A stretch of 64,000 bases of DNA from Octopus sinensis (Eukaryota). Numbering within the stretch: position 1 is the first letter of the stretch; each line of letters starts with the position of its first letter. Under the pieces are notes generated by a model. It saw only the letters and a program-made list of their open reading frames with translations, searched no databases and was not told where the DNA came from. Where the stretch lies: the NCBI RefSeq assembly GCF_006345805.1, contig NC_043006.1:48174001-48238000 (forward strand). Direction: 5' to 3'. The position numbers and the translations under genes are program-made. Shown here piece after piece: positions 1-12,697 of the stretch.

Positions 1-573
1 TACATTTTGCTACATGTTTCTCCCATATTTCATTTTCTTTCTAATTTATAATGAAGGATGATTTCAATAACATTTTTAGATCATCTGAAGTATTATAAGC
101 TATGTTATTTTTCGCCCAGCATTATTTTCAGTTTATATATTTATCTATTTTTTTAGGATAACTTCTTAATTCAAAAATAATTAGATATATCATACATTCA
201 ATCAAAAATTCGTACGCAGATCTGAAGAGAATGTGTACAAACCTACATTCCTATAAAATTATCCCATATATTTTGTCAGAGAATAATGTAACATAAATCT
301 TGTCAGTTCATCGTTTCTTAATTTCTGTTGCTTCTATAATTTGATTTTGGGCTATATTCTGCAACGTATTAGAAGGAAATCGAGTGCATATAGTTATAAT
401 TACAATATTATAATCGACAGTACCCCTCCTTGAAAATTTCGGGCCTGATGCCTAGAGTAGAAACTAATATTTTAAACATACGTCTTTATAAAACACATTC
501 ATTAATCTATCGAAAATATATATATACTCCATCGATTATATATAATCTATCAAAAAAAGGCATTTTTTTCGAT

Positions 574-645
574 GGCCTAACAACTGAAGAGATGCCTGCG
601 TGGGTTTCCACCCCGACATCTGAAACTCGGAGTTTTATCATGGCT
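574..645 (+). ncRNA. Hammerhead-ribozyme-like motif (family 3), probable Penelope-like element terminus next to (TA)n
   Basis: CTGAAGA (584-590), stem II GATG/CATC (591-594/617-620) with inner GTGG/CCAC hairpin, extra T, GAAA (622-625), near-palindromic stem III ACTC-G-GAGT. Stem I is imperfect. A (TA)n tract starts about 35 bp downstream. Confidence 0.5.
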
Positions 646-677
646 ACCGAATAATTGTCACAAATTATATTTACAGA

Positions 678-832
<155 letters not shown>

Positions 833-1281
833 ATCAGAATAAGAAATAGAAAGTCCTTGGTTCAGTGTAATATGTATCTGAAAAAAACGAATAGAAATGG
901 CGTTTCTGATAATTTTCCCACTTTAATAATAAGATGTTTATATGATAATGGGTGTTTACAAAAGGTAAACACCTAATATCTTACAAACATCTAAGTTTTA
1001 AAGTGGAAAAATTATAAGAAAAGCCATCTCTATTCTGTTTTTCAAATTCTTACATATATACACACATACTTATGCATTCATATATATATGTGTGTGTATG
1101 TGTGTGTATATGTGCGTGTGAATGTGTGTGTGTGTGTATTTGAATGCATAATTAAGATTCAGGTGAATTAGGTACTTAAACTGAGGCACCAAGCCAGTTC
1201 GGTATAGTCCGCGCAGCTCGAAGTTTGGTGAACAAAAAGCAAATAAGTAACAAGGATGTTCAGGTATCCAGGTATATATGA

Positions 1282-1319
<38 letters not shown>

Positions 1320-1323
1320 AACC

Positions 1324-1920
1324 AATCAAATTGCGATAAAATAAAAATAATTATAATCGCTGGTATTACTAACACAAGCCATATATTTTTCATATATCAG
1401 TACATTAAGGCGAAATATGTGCTAGGAATACAGAAGCTTGATAAATTAAGTGAAATGAAGATAAAAACATTTACTAAACCGGTAATTCTCAGACTGCAGT
1501 TTCTTTCTTTTCAGCAATAAAGATAATTTATTTGCTCAGGGAGAATTCTTCAGTGAGACCCTGTCTTTCTGGGATCCTAACTCACTAGAAGCATGTGCTT
1601 CTAATGATTTACTCTCCCTAACTAATCATAACACTGCGCAGACTCCGAACGTCCCGACAAAACTAGGGAATTCTGGTATATAGCCTGGCGCTCGTAATTT
1701 ATCGAGAAATATGTAAACAAATCAAATTGCGATAAAATAAAAATAATTATAATCGCTGGTATTACTAACACAAGCCATATATTTTTCATATATCAGTACA
1801 TTAAGGCGAAATATGTGCTAGGAATACAGAAGCTTGATAAATTAAATGAAATGAAGATAAAAACATTTACTAAACCGGTAATTCTCAGACTGCAGTTTCT
1901 TTCTTTTCATCAATAAAGAT

Positions 1921-1929
<9 letters not shown>
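1324..1929 (+). repeat. 210-bp direct duplication (1324-1533 and 1720-1929)
   Basis: Two copies of aatcaaattgcg...agataatttattt with 2 substitutions, period 396 bp. Confidence 0.92.
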
Positions 1930-2545
<616 letters not shown>

Positions 2546-3699
2546 GCAGAAGGCAAAAAGAGAAACGAACATTTAATCCAGCGAGGTAAAGGGGATTAAT
2601 AAATCCAGGAAGATATCTATAATTATTATTTGGTGAATTATTTGTTTAATTATATCAACTAATCAGATAGTAATCCATTTATGTAGAATTAACATCCAAG
2701 GTTATTCTTAATGCTGAACAAGTAAATACAAATATTGCTTAAAATTTCAAGAAATTCTGAGTATAAGACAACACCAAGAGTAGAGAAAATCGCATTTCTA
2801 TTTCATGATCTCACCATACAATGCCACGGATCGTTTCTATTGTGCCAGTATGTTTAGACACAGAAAAAGGTATACATCAATTTGTCCATGCACTGTACAA
2901 TGAAATACAACACGGAAACATGTTATTACATTTCAAATTTTGATTACGCTCGGCATACAGTTTTGTAACTTCAAATCTACATTTAATGTGCATATCTACG
3001 ATTATATACTAACATCACCATCAGCAAATTCAACATCATAAACAACCAAAAGAACAAATTCACAACAAATAATGAAAAATAAAAATAAATAAACAACTCA
3101 GATCAATCAACAACTAAATTACAAACAAATATAAAATAATACAAAACAAAAACATCCAGCACCAACAAGAACAACAACAGCAACAAACAATGAACGATTA
3201 TTTTAGCAAAGTAAAATGTCAAAAGAGAACATGCAACCATGAAATTAATTGTTATTTGGTAATTACAATTCTGCTGCAAGCCCATAGCCACAATTGTCAT
3301 TGGAAATGATTGTTTAATGATTGTGTTAGTTAAATGAAACTTAGATAATGAGACATACAAATATTGTAGCGGAGTTGTATAAAATTTTTTGGGCTAATTG
3401 TAATTCTCTCGGTCTTTTAGCTGAGAACAACGAATTGAATTGCCGCCATGTTTTTCATGTTATTTATTCTAGTTGTTCTTCTTGTTTTTCATTTGCCGTT
3501 CTTGTTTGTTTGTTTGTGTAAGATTCTATTACCATTTTGGCTTTTTGTTCTTATTCCACTCGGTATTGTTTTGTGGTTAAATATCTCCTTATTTCTTTTC
3601 CCCTAATCTTGTAGTCTTTAGTTAAGATCTTGGTATTGTTTATGTTCTTATTGTTCCCGCTTTTATTGTTGTTGTTGTTATTAAAAGAAATTATATTTT

Positions 3700-3713
3700 A
3701 CCACCATCATCAC

Positions 3714-3748
<35 letters not shown>

Positions 3749-3762
3749 CCATCATCATCTTC

Positions 3763-3794
<32 letters not shown>

Positions 3795-4260
3795 CATCAT
3801 CGTCGTCGTCATCGTCGTTGTTGTTGCTGCTGATGTTGTCGATGTTGTCGTCATGGTCGTTGTTGTCATCAGCACCACCTATACAGCGCCACCACCATCA
3901 TGATCATTGTCATCATCATTATTCCCACCATCATCATCATTGCCATCTTCATCGTCGATGTCATCATCATCATCATCATCAGTAGTAACAGCAGCAGCAG
4001 CAGTAGTAGCAGCAGCAGCAACACCGGCTGCAGCAGCAGCGGCGGCGGCAGCAGCGGCGGCGGCAGCAGCGGTAGTTGCAGCATTAGCTTCTCTCATTTG
4101 TTTTACGTTTTGCAAGTGGTTGTGTGTGTGTGTGTATGCATGTGTGTGTGTGTGTGCTTACATGCGTGCGTGTGTGTGTATGTATGTGTGTACACGCATA
4201 TGTGTGTGTGTGTTGTGTGTGTGTGTGTGTGTACGTGCATGCGCATGTGTGTGTTTGCAG
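3700..4260. repeat. Compound (CAT)n/(CGT)n/(CAG,GCG)n/(TG)n low-complexity block
   Basis: Trinucleotide and dinucleotide runs; source of the poly-H, poly-A and poly-M ORFs. Confidence 0.9.
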
Positions 4261-4769
4261 ATGCAGCTGTTTTTGGTATAGTTCATGTTATTGTTAACAC
4301 AATATTGTGCTAACGTTTCTGAAGTTATTCCTTTTATTATGACAATTATTCTTGTTATTATTGTTTGCTGTTTCCGTTTGTTTATGGTGTTGTTGTTGTT
4401 GTTATCATTAATCTTATTGTTCCACTTGCTGTTGATGTAGATACTGTCAGTATTGTTGATGGTTATTTTGGGTTGTTTTTTTTTGGATTTCTTTCTTTTT
4501 ACTGCTACTACAATCTATTGTATTGTTCTCTTTTGCAGTTAACCCCCGCATATCAATATCCTGAAAAATCTTTGGAAACGTGTTGATATTATTTACCATC
4601 AGAGTTCCATACATATATTCTATTCCGTCAGCAGTATATTCGAGAATACTGATATCAATACGACATTTGCTACTATCATTATTTGCATTTATGTTGACAA
4701 CATCTTGGTGCTCAGGCTGATATCTTATAAGTTCACCGTAATGCTTTATTTATGCTTTAGTGAATTCTT

Positions 4770-5030
4770 ATTATTTGGTTTGACTCAGGTTCGATCTTAT
4801 TCCCAGTAGGATTTATCTGAGTAGCAATTTACTACCAGTAACATTAGGTATCCACAAGTTTTCAGTAGTCTTTTAAGTGCTTAGAGCCCTCCTGATAATC
4901 CTTGCTGTCCCTAACAAACAAACTTCCGGTAGGAGTTCTACAGAGTATCCTATTCCAGTCGCCTTTAGATGTTTGTCTATATCTGTGCTTACTTACCAAT
5001 TATGATAGGGGCGGCCCTTACAGTTTCCAT
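4770..5030 (-). mobile_element. R4/Dong-like (RLE-type) LINE 3' fragment
   Basis: Minus-strand translation VRAAPIIIG...IDKHLKATGIGYSVELLPEVCLLGTARIIRRALST* (stop 4873-4875) matches the LLGTARILRKVL C-terminal motif of R4/Dong ORFs. The 3'UTR shares an acct...actggtagt motif with the 41252 copy. Confidence 0.75.
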
Positions 5031-5177
5031 ACTCTAAATTCTTCCCTTGCAAATTTTAAGGGATTGCATTTCTTTTTCGGCCTCTTTGTTTACGAACCTG
5101 GAATGAAAGGGGAAGGATGGGTCGATTAGAAAGCAACTGTTCTTTCCTTTATTTCTAATGACCATGTCCGGTCTATA

Positions 5178-5223
<46 letters not shown>

Positions 5224-5256
5224 TATTATTATTATTATTATTATTATATTATTATT

Positions 5257-5738
5257 GAGTGAGAGAGCAGTGCATGCCATAAAAGTGACACTGGGGTAAA
5301 ATATACGAAGCCCAGTATATCCATCATGACTACTTCTCTGGTAAGGGTACACCAGGTACATGCATCACAACCATATGTGCGCGACATGGTGATCTCATAT
5401 AAAGATAAACAGCGCATGACCTTGCAAGTGGGGTCCAGTTAGAATTTTCTTCTGGTCGAGTAGCCCATCCCGCTCAAAAGGTCGCTGAATAAAGATTGTT
5501 TACGGATGTTGAACGAACCCCCCATGTTTCCAAAGGTGAATTATCCAAACCTCAAAGATTTCCTTTCAACATAGAGCTATGATGCCCCCCCACTACTTCT
5601 GCTCGTGTTCAGAGATGCACATATCGTCAGCCACTAAGGGACATACTCAACTGATTGGGGTCAAATATACATGATAACACTTCCAATCAGTTAAGATCAG
5701 AAGCCACGAGAGCCACTGCCTGGTACTGCATCTGGGCA
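5257..5738. mobile_element. About 480-bp interspersed element embedded in (ATT)n
   Basis: Complex, GC-richer sequence with (ATT)n on both sides (5178-5256 and 5739-5803). No ORF. Family assignment is inference only. Confidence 0.5.
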
Positions 5739-5803
<65 letters not shown>

Positions 5804-6808
5804 TGGCCATTGATGTAGTCATTTCCACCACCACTACTCTCATCATCTTTTACTTTTACTTTTACATGTAATGTATCATTTGAATGTTGTTTATATTCTG
5901 AACCTAGCTATACGTGTTGTGTAATACTCACTTCTTTATTAAGTCCCTGGCACTAATAATTCGTAGTTTTGTCTATTAACGTTTCAATGAATTCGGAGGA
6001 GAGATACCGTTGTCTTTTGGGAGGAATTATAACTCCTCACTTAAGTTGTTTTATGCTGAGTTTCCTACTTTTGTAATTCTTTTGTTGTTTTCCTTTTTTT
6101 TTCTTTTATTTTTATCTTCCCCGGTTGTGAATTTTGGTGTGTAATTATTATTTATTCTTCATCACCCGGCGAAGGCGTGGTGCTACCATTTGGCGTTGCT
6201 AGGGGACATGGTGTTTGCTCAGCATTTTTAAATACTTTGCATAAAGATATTTTACTTGCGATTGACGGAGATTTGGTTTGAGGTGCTCTGGAACCAGGAA
6301 TTTGATTTTCTTTTTGCTGTTGTTGTTGTTCTTCATTTTTTTCCTCCGATCCCTACTTTTGTTTTTGTCTTGGTTTTTTTTTGGTTTTTGTTTGGTTTTT
6401 GTGTTTTTTATTTTTTAGTTCACTTTTTTTCCATTTCTTCCAGGAATTCAGCCTTTAGGAAAGTTTTACTCTGACAAGTTCAAGCACTAGGATTCATGCT
6501 CTGTATCATTAATCTTGTGCCCTCTCTCTCGCTGCCATATACTATACAATGTATCGGTGTGGCGCTCTAACCTTCAGGTAACATTAGGATTTGCAAATCT
6601 ATTTTAGCGCCATCTTATGACATGTGAACTTTCGTTAAACCAGCTTTGACAACTCTCGCATACTGCAGCACAAAAGAGTGTGTCATAAGCTTTGCCTTTT
6701 CAAGTTAAAACCACTTCCCTCAATATAACATGGAGAGAATATTGTACAACTTTAAATGAGTGAAGATTTAGTCAGCTACTATCTTTTTATTTTTAGCAGA
6801 GACATATA

Positions 6809-7224
6809 GGCGTAGGGGTGGCTGTGTGGTAAGTAGCTTGCTTACCGACCACATGGTTCCGTGTTCAGTCCCACTGCGTGGCACCTTGGGCAAATGTCTT
6901 CTACTATAGCCTCGGGCCGACCAAAGCCTTGTGAGTGGATTTGGTAGACGGAAACTGAAAGAAGCCCGTCGTATATATGTATATAAGTGTGCGTGTGTGT
7001 GTGTGTGTGCATATGTTTGTGTGTCTATGTTTGTCCCCCCGATATTCGCTTGACAACCGATGCTAGTGTGTTTACGTCCCCGTAACTTAGCGGTTCGGCA
7101 AAAGAGACCGATAGAATAAGTACTAGGCTTACAAACAATCAGCCCTGAGGTCGATTTCCTCGACCAAAGGTGGTGCTCCAGCATGGCAACAGTCAAATGA
7201 CTGAAACAAATAAAAGAGTAAAAG
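6809..7224 (+). mobile_element. SINE family A (tRNA-derived head, internal TA/TG microsatellite, AAAAGAGT-type tail)
   Basis: A-box-like tggctgtgtggt, B-box-like gttcagtccc, caccttgggcaag core; more than 10 related copies in the window. Confidence 0.9.
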
Positions 7225-7548
7225 TGTATATATAATGTTTCTCTTTGCTTTTTCTTGGATTAGCACCTGCGCAAAGAAATGTTGTTCAGTTTTACAAAAA
7301 GAAAATCTCCCAACTACATTTATTTATTTCTACCATTTGATATATCTAAAAATTCCATATGTACATTTTACATTGAAAGAATGTTTGCTTTGACACGCAT
7401 GACCCGATCGCAGTGTTTGGTTTTATGTAAAAGTAGCTTCTGTTTTTCTTGTTGTTATTGCGGTTGCTGTCTTCAGTATTATTTATATGAATACTTGTGA
7501 CATTTTCTTCCGTAATTGTTCACAAAGCTCTTCATTTTCTTTTCCCTT

Positions 7549-8028
7549 TCACGCATTCAAGTTTGCCTCATGAATTTTTGTTGTTCCTTTGACTGTTGTA
7601 GCGTTTGTCGTGTGGCATAAATTATGTGTGATAGCTATTATACGAACATATAACGTCCGTAAATAAAATTCTAGAAGTTTGTGAAACAAACCTCCTTTTT
7701 CTTGTTGTATACTCCCGGATATCGAAAGCAGCCCTTCTTTAGACATTTCTATTTCATTTTGCAAGTAATCCAATGAAAACTTCATTTGGTAATATTTAAA
7801 TAGTTCATATTTCAAAACGAGAATGAAATAAACGTCTTCATATGAGAGTCAATTTTAATAATAATAATGATAATCCTTACTAATGAAGACACAAGGCCTG
7901 AAAATGTTTCACTAGTACTTAATTTATCGACTCCGAAAGGATGAATGGCAAAGTCGACCTCGGCATAATTTGAACTCAGAACGTAAAGATGGACGAAATG
8001 CCGCTAAGCATTTTACCAGCTCGCTGCC

Positions 8029-8075
<47 letters not shown>

Positions 8076-8086
8076 GATGATGGTGG

Positions 8087-8126
<40 letters not shown>

Positions 8127-9100
8127 ACAAAATAAAAACAGCGCGATATTTGTCATAAATAGATAGTGAATTTGTTTATTCAACTGAACAATATTTCGAC
8201 GGTATGTCTGTCTTCTGCGGGCTCAAAATGAAAAATGAAAAGTACTCAGAAATACATAAACTGAAAGTATGAAGAGAAAATAAGAAAGAAAAAAAAAGAA
8301 AGCATCAAAGAAAGCAGTCAACATTTTTGCGTAAACGTAATGGAACTCTCCTGTCATTTTGTTCATTCCTCCAGGGCGCGATGTTAGTAATTTGCTAACA
8401 TATTTATCCCCGTGTGTTTTGAAAGACTGAAAGTGCAGAGGAGTCAAAATATTTTCTGAAAATGTGTACTTTTACGGGTTCCCGAAATTTAAAGACGTTT
8501 GATGTAAAAGTTTTGCCAAATTCCGTCGTACTACTGTTATTTTGTCTGACGTCATACCTATGAACATTAAATCTTCAGTTAATGTTTCTTTTGTGCAACG
8601 AACATAAATCAAGTTGTGTTTGGTGCATTCCGCTGCGTACACCAACTGGGAATCCTTGCAGGTCACACATTCTGTATAAATCATAACATTGCTGTTACAA
8701 GCTGTAGCGGAGTTCCTTTAACTCATATTGTTGCACAGTAAATAGGGATTACTTCTCTTGGGGTCATGTAGCCTGAATAAATATTTCTGTCACATCCTCC
8801 TAATATTTTTTCTAAGGTGTTTGAGCACCTCAAGCTACCCCTTTTTGATGCATCAGTAAAAACTGCTATTATGACTTTCTATGCTGATCGCTTTCTCTTA
8901 AAATTGTGAAGTTTTGAAGAAGCAATATGACGTCATTCCGTGGAGAGCGCCTTAAATTGTGAATAATAAAGTTGCGCCCTAGTTTAACCCCTTGTCACCG
9001 GATCGGAAACAAGTGTCTCTTCGTTGTCTTCAAACGTTTCAGCTATGTGAGAACAGACTTTCACTTTTTTCTCTTTCAAGTCAGAGTGTCAACGGCTGAT
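7549..9100 (-). pseudogene. Decayed DNA transposase relic, Sola2-like
   Basis: Frameshifted minus-strand motifs in the expected order: MIYTECVTCK (CMxxECxxC-like), VHI/TFSENI (DFSENY-like), DIPSKY (DGPSxQY-like), TVKGTTKIHE (VPGTMKIHQ-like). Interrupted by a SINE and microsatellites. Recognised by eye only. Confidence 0.45.
7885..8030 (-). mobile_element. SINE family B (Nin/Sauria-like core) fragment
   Basis: Reverse complement of gagttcaaatt...gaggtcgactttgcc(t)ttcatcctttcgg(a/g)gtcgataaattaagtac. Confidence 0.85.
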
Positions 9101-9754
9101 ACATCCATATTGCAAGCATTTTCGAGGAATGTCCAATGTCGCCCCCTACCGTCTTTTATAATGCACTTTGACCACAGTCCCGTTATGCAGCAAGCCTGCG
9201 GATTTTAAGTCGTCACTCTGCGCGAACCATTTCCTCCGATCGTGGGTGATTCGTTCAATCCTCGAAGATGATTATCTTGCACTACATGTCTTGTTTCAAT
9301 GCTGTTTTCCCCTTCTTTAAACTTCAACAATATCTGCTCATTGTTCTAGTCACCACTGGCGTCATCTTTGTAAACAAATTTTAAACATCAATGGATATAG
9401 AACCGGCTGTAGCCCCACCTCAGTTAAGAGTGCAATGACGGCATCTTGCTTCTATTTCGATCGCCTTATGCGCCTGCAATGAGAAAGAAATGGAAGAGGA
9501 GTTAAATGTTACATAATCATTGTGCAGCTCGAAAAGAAACACGTGTGTGTTATAATCAAGTGTATTCTTTTGTATTTTACTGGCTATCCGTATTGTTTGG
9601 CCAATATAACAAAATGTAAAGTGGAATTATAAGTATAATAACACGAATTTTCTTCGTGAGTATCTGTTTTGGGGAATAACGGAGTATGTAGAATTTGAAA
9701 ATCAATGTTTAGACGTCGAGCACTTTTGTAGACATTATACACACTATACATACA

Positions 9755-9885
9755 CATTATATATGTGCGTGCGTGTTTGTAAGTGTGCGTATCCATACAT
9801 ATATGCTCAAATCCATACATATACGTACGTACGTACAAACATGCAAACATACATACGTACGTACACACATACATACATACATACA

Positions 9886-9919
<34 letters not shown>

Positions 9920-10325
9920 CATACATACATACATACACATATATATATGCACATACGTATATAGATACACACATTCACACATATAGATATACACATATGC
10001 ACATCAACATTCCTATACAGGAACAAATAAAAAGAAACAGTCACACATACACATGTATACGTTCATATACACATGTGCACAAATAGTTACATATCTATAC
10101 TCAAACACGAATATAAAAACACACTATAGCACGCCGACATGTAGACATGTAAAGAATCACCACATGTACATGCAGACAAACACATCGCACGCACACTCAT
10201 ACACTCACCTTTTCACACACCACATACAATCATATACACACAACACACTCAAACAAACGCAACTTACACACATACTTACGCACATACACTTGCACGCAAA
10301 TACAAACACACAAACACACAGTTGA
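9755..10325. repeat. (TACA)n / (CA)n-rich low-complexity block
   Basis: Read directly from the sequence. Confidence 0.9.
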
Positions 10326-10539
10326 ATGCTTTGATTTGTTTGACGTTTCCCCTGCCCTTAACTCCAATTCTATTATTTTCATTTCAATTACGGAGGTACC
10401 GAGGTGGGGGAGGAAGATGAGGAGGGCATTGATCATGCTTGAATGTCGATCGAACACAATTGTAAAGAAGAAAAATAGACAACAACAGCAAACAGAAACG
10501 CAACAACATAATTATCAATAACGTTGATATAAAAATTAA

Positions 10540-10637
10540 AAAAAACACGGCAGCAACGATAAAATATATAACAATACCAACAACAGCAACAACAATGAGT
10601 GAAATATAATCATCCTCATCATCATCATCATCATCAA

Positions 10638-10674
<37 letters not shown>

Positions 10675-10930
10675 GTTAGCATCATCATCGTCCTCATCAT
10701 CGACGTCGTCGCCATTATTTCATCAACATCGTTGCTTTTATCGTAGCCGTCGTCATTGCCATCATTACCCTCACTGCCTTCATTATGATGATGAGGATGA
10801 TGAGGATGATGATCAACATCATCCCCATCATCGTCATCATAGTCATCATCATGGTCGTCATCATTATCATCAGCATCAATAAAAAATAATAACAACAAAA
10901 CAACAACATTAACTGCAGTTACAACTGCAA
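10540..10930. repeat. (CAT)n/(AAC)n mosaic low-complexity block
   Basis: Read directly from the sequence. Confidence 0.88.
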
Positions 10931-11329
10931 AAACAAAATGAACAATCATAAAAAGCAACAACAACGATTGCATTCTTAACACCAAGAACAAACAACTACA
11001 ACAGGTTTTAAAAAAAAAACATTAACAACAACAGTACCAATAGTGTTATCTATGTATAGCTCAACAATAAAACAAGAAATAGTAGCAACTAAACCGAAAA
11101 CAAAGCTCAACGGCAACAATAACGGCAACAATATTCCAATCGAAAACAAATTAGTAAGGCTACAAGAACAGAAATAGCACTAACAACCGCAAAATCAACA
11201 AATGTATCAGCTACATATGCAACAACATATGCGTTCTGAGTTCAACTCTTACCGGGTTGAACTATGCTTTTTAACCTTCCAGGGTCGTTAACAAAATATT
11301 AATCGTTTTTTCTTTTTTTTTTTTTTGCT

Positions 11330-12098
11330 TCTTTTCTACTCTCGGCACATAGCCCGAAATTTTGGTGGGAGGGACCCAGTCGATTAGATCGACCCCAGTA
11401 ACCAACCGGTACTTAATTCATAGACCTTGAAAAGATGAAAGGCAAAGTCGACCGCGACGAAATTTGAACTCAGGACACAAAGACAGACGAAATAACTATT
11501 TCTTTACTACCCACAAGGAACTAAACACAGAGGTGACAAACAAGGACAGACAAACGGATTAAGTCGATTATATCGACCCCAGTGCATAACTGGTACTTAT
11601 TTAATCGACCGCGAAATTATGAAAGGCAAAGTCGACCTCGGCGGAATTTGAACTCAGAACGTAGCGGCAGACGAAATACCGCTAAGCATTTCGCACGGTG
11701 TGCTAACGTTTCTTATTTCTTTATTGCCCACAAGTGGCTAAACATAGAGGGGACAAACATCGACCCCAGTGCATAAGTAGTACTTGATTTATCGACCCCG
11801 AAAGGATGAAAGGCAAAGTCGACCTCGGCGGCATTTGAACTCAGAACGTAAGAGCAGACGAAATATCTATTTCTTTACTACCCACAAGGGGCTAAGCACA
11901 GAGGGGACAAACAAGGACAAACAAACGGATTAAGTCGATTATATCGACCCCAGTGCGTAACTGGTACTTATTTAATCGACCGCGAAATGATGAAAGGCAA
12001 AGACAACCTCGGCGGAATTTGAACTCAGAACGTAGTGGCAGACGAAATACCGCTAAGCATCTCGCCCGGCGTGCTAACGTTTCTGCCAGCTCACCGCC
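11330..12098 (-). mobile_element. SINE family B head-to-tail tandem array (about 4 units)
   Basis: Repeated gaaaggatgaaaggcaaagtcgacctcggcggaatttgaactcagaacg-like units; full head with A-box only at the right end. Confidence 0.9.
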
Positions 12099-12374
12099 TT
12101 GACAAAATAATCCTAAAGGCGGATAGGTAGATCTATACAAATATCGATCCGCATGCCATTTGATATAAGTCCCAGCTCCTTGCGTTTTGGTTTCAAGGCT
12201 TATATATGTATATTGGATTTATTCCGCCTCCGATTTAACATCACCACCACCTAGCACTTGTGGTCCATGTAGCGGAGTAACGCACTCTTTTGTAAGTATT
12301 CGCGTTTAGTTTTCCTATTTGAGGATTACTTTTCGCAACATTAGTATTACCGTGATTTATAACAACAACAATTT

Positions 12375-12697
12375 TGAAACCCCCTTCTGTCATGACTAAC
12401 CGTGGGATTGCACCTAGAAAGTTACCCTCCCAGGCACAAGTTCGGACAAGGTTGTTTATGGAAGACCAGCAATCGCCAATGCATACCGACCTCCTCTCTT
12501 CACGCCACCAATGTTATCCAAGGGAAAGGCAACAGCAGAAACAGCTTGGCACCTGTGACTTCGCAATTCATTTCTACAGCTGAGTGAACTGGAACAACGT
12601 GAAATAAAGTGTCTTGCTCAAGAATACAACACGCAGCCCGGTCCGAGATTCGAACTCACAACCTTACGATCGTAAGCTCGGTGCTCTAACCACTGAC
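12375..12697 (-). mobile_element. SINE family C variant (tRNA head plus cttgagcaagacac core)
   Basis: Minus-strand head cagtggttagagcaccg...gagttcgaatc, then gtgttgtattcttgagcaagacactttatttcacgttgttccagttcactcagctg. Confidence 0.8.

Noticed and set aside
3630-4313. Poly-His, poly-Ala and poly-Asp ORFs as a transcription-factor exon
   Set aside because: Open in several frames on both strands only because of trinucleotide repeats, and they run into (TG)n. No domain or coherent splice context.
6945-6972. Hammerhead in SINE family A (gacggaaactgaaagaagcccgtc)
   Set aside because: A hairpin with GAAA and CTGA words, but their order and spacing do not fit any hammerhead topology.
11330-12098. Regularly spaced repeats resembling a CRISPR array
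   Set aside because: The units are whole SINE bodies with no unique spacers; the context is eukaryotic with no cas genes.
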